DNA from: an uncultured cyanobacterium
GTDB taxonomy: Bacteria > Cyanobacteriota > Cyanobacteriia > Phormidesmidales > Phormidesmidaceae
Length of the DNA: 64,000 nt
Assembly (NCBI GenBank): GCA_963793265.1
Contig: CAWBZI010000001.1
Location: 1,248,001-1,312,000 of the forward strand
Reading direction: 5' to 3'
The notes below the pieces were generated by a model. That model did no database searches. It saw only the letters and a list, made by a program, of their open reading frames with translations, and had not been told where the DNA came from. Positions 63,284 to 64,000 of this stretch are shown in pieces (within the stretch, counting starts at the first letter, position 1; each line of letters starts with the position of its first letter). The translations under genes were made by a program, and so were the position numbers.

Positions 63284-64000
63284 TCACTCCATCATCGCCG
63301 CGACAAAGTTGGTATACACCTCACCTTTAATGAACATAGGATGCTCCAACACCTTTTGATGAAACCCAATTGTCGTCGGTAGACCAGTAATTGCACACTC
63401 ACGCAGCGCCCTTTTCATCCGACTAATCGCCGTGGTTCTATCAGGAGCCCACACAATCAGCTTGCCAATTAGCGAATCGTAATAGGGCGGAATTTCATAG
63501 TCGGTATACACATGCGAGTCCATCCGCACGCCTAAGCCACCTGGCGCTAGATAGCCGCTAATGCGACCCGGATTGGGCCGAAAGTTATGCTCAGGATCTT
63601 CAGCATTGATGCGGCACTCAATTGAATGGCCCCGCAGCACAATGTCATCCTGGCTAAACGAGAGGCGATCGCCCTGGGCCACCCGAATTTGCTCTGCAAT
63701 CAAATCGATCCCCGTCACCATCTCAGTCACCGGATGCTCTACCTGAATGCGCGTATTCATCTCCATGAAGTAATAGTCGCCTTTGCCATCGACCAAAAAC
63801 TCCACCGTCCCTGCGCCCACATAGTCAATCGACTGCGCCGCTCTCACCGCCGCCTTACCCATTTGCTTACGCAGCTTACTATCGAGCACCGCACTTGGCG
63901 CTTCTTCTAATAGCTTTTGGTGGCGGCGCTGAATAGAGCAGTCTCGCTCGCCCAGGTGCACCACATTGCCATGGCTATCGGCCAAAATCTGAAACTCAAT
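63284..64000 (-). CDS. accC: Acetyl-CoA carboxylase biotin carboxylase, 3' part (5' end outside the window)
   Basis: Motifs ERDCSIQRRHQK, EMNTRIQVEHPVTE, ECRINAED and YYDSLIGKL. Confidence 0.96.
   Translation of the reverse strand: MEFQILADSHGNVVHLGERDCSIQRRHQKLLEEAPSAVLDSKLRKQMGKAAVRAAQSIDYVGAGTVEFLVDGKGDYYFMEMNTRIQVEHPVTEMVTGIDLIAEQIRVAQGDRLSFSQDDIVLRGHSIECRINAEDPEHNFRPNPGRISGYLAPGGLGVRMDSHVYTDYEIPPYYDSLIGKLIVWAPDRTTAISRMKRALRECAITGLPTTIGFHQKVLEHPMFIKGEVYTNFVAAMME

Overview
This is a 64 kb chromosomal window from a cyanobacterium. The HIP1 octamer GCGATCGC is abundant, and Form IB rbcL-rbcX-rbcS plus an activase with a C-terminal RbcS-like domain point to a beta-cyanobacterium. Most genes are housekeeping or photosynthetic: ahcY, panB, rbcLXS, msrB, a knotless phytochrome/CBCR kinase, ftsI, ilvB, hik2, a stand-alone psbD, tRNA-Asn, rpaA, rca, ftsY, nusB, mgtE, prlC, cobM, lgt, trmD, ispF and partial accC. 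The main anomaly is an accessory islet at about 38.8-46.3 kb. It holds a chlN-chlB-chlL dark-operative protochlorophyllide reductase operon of the proteobacterial/alpha-picocyanobacterial type, which is unexpected in a Form IB host. The operon is flanked by higBA, a Uma2 nuclease, an unannotated hsdS relic, a small-protein plus divergent structured-RNA module, a MITE and an orphan antitoxin-like gene. Other observations are a Pseudomonas-type AhcY, two distinct MITEs linked to a GTAG REP-like palindrome family, a probable PsrR1-like sRNA between cobM and lgt, a frameshifted ftsY, an internally deleted hydrolase pseudogene, and a tandem pair of secreted paralogs sharing an unnamed two-Cys domain. 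All family assignments come from recalled motifs; no database search was run.
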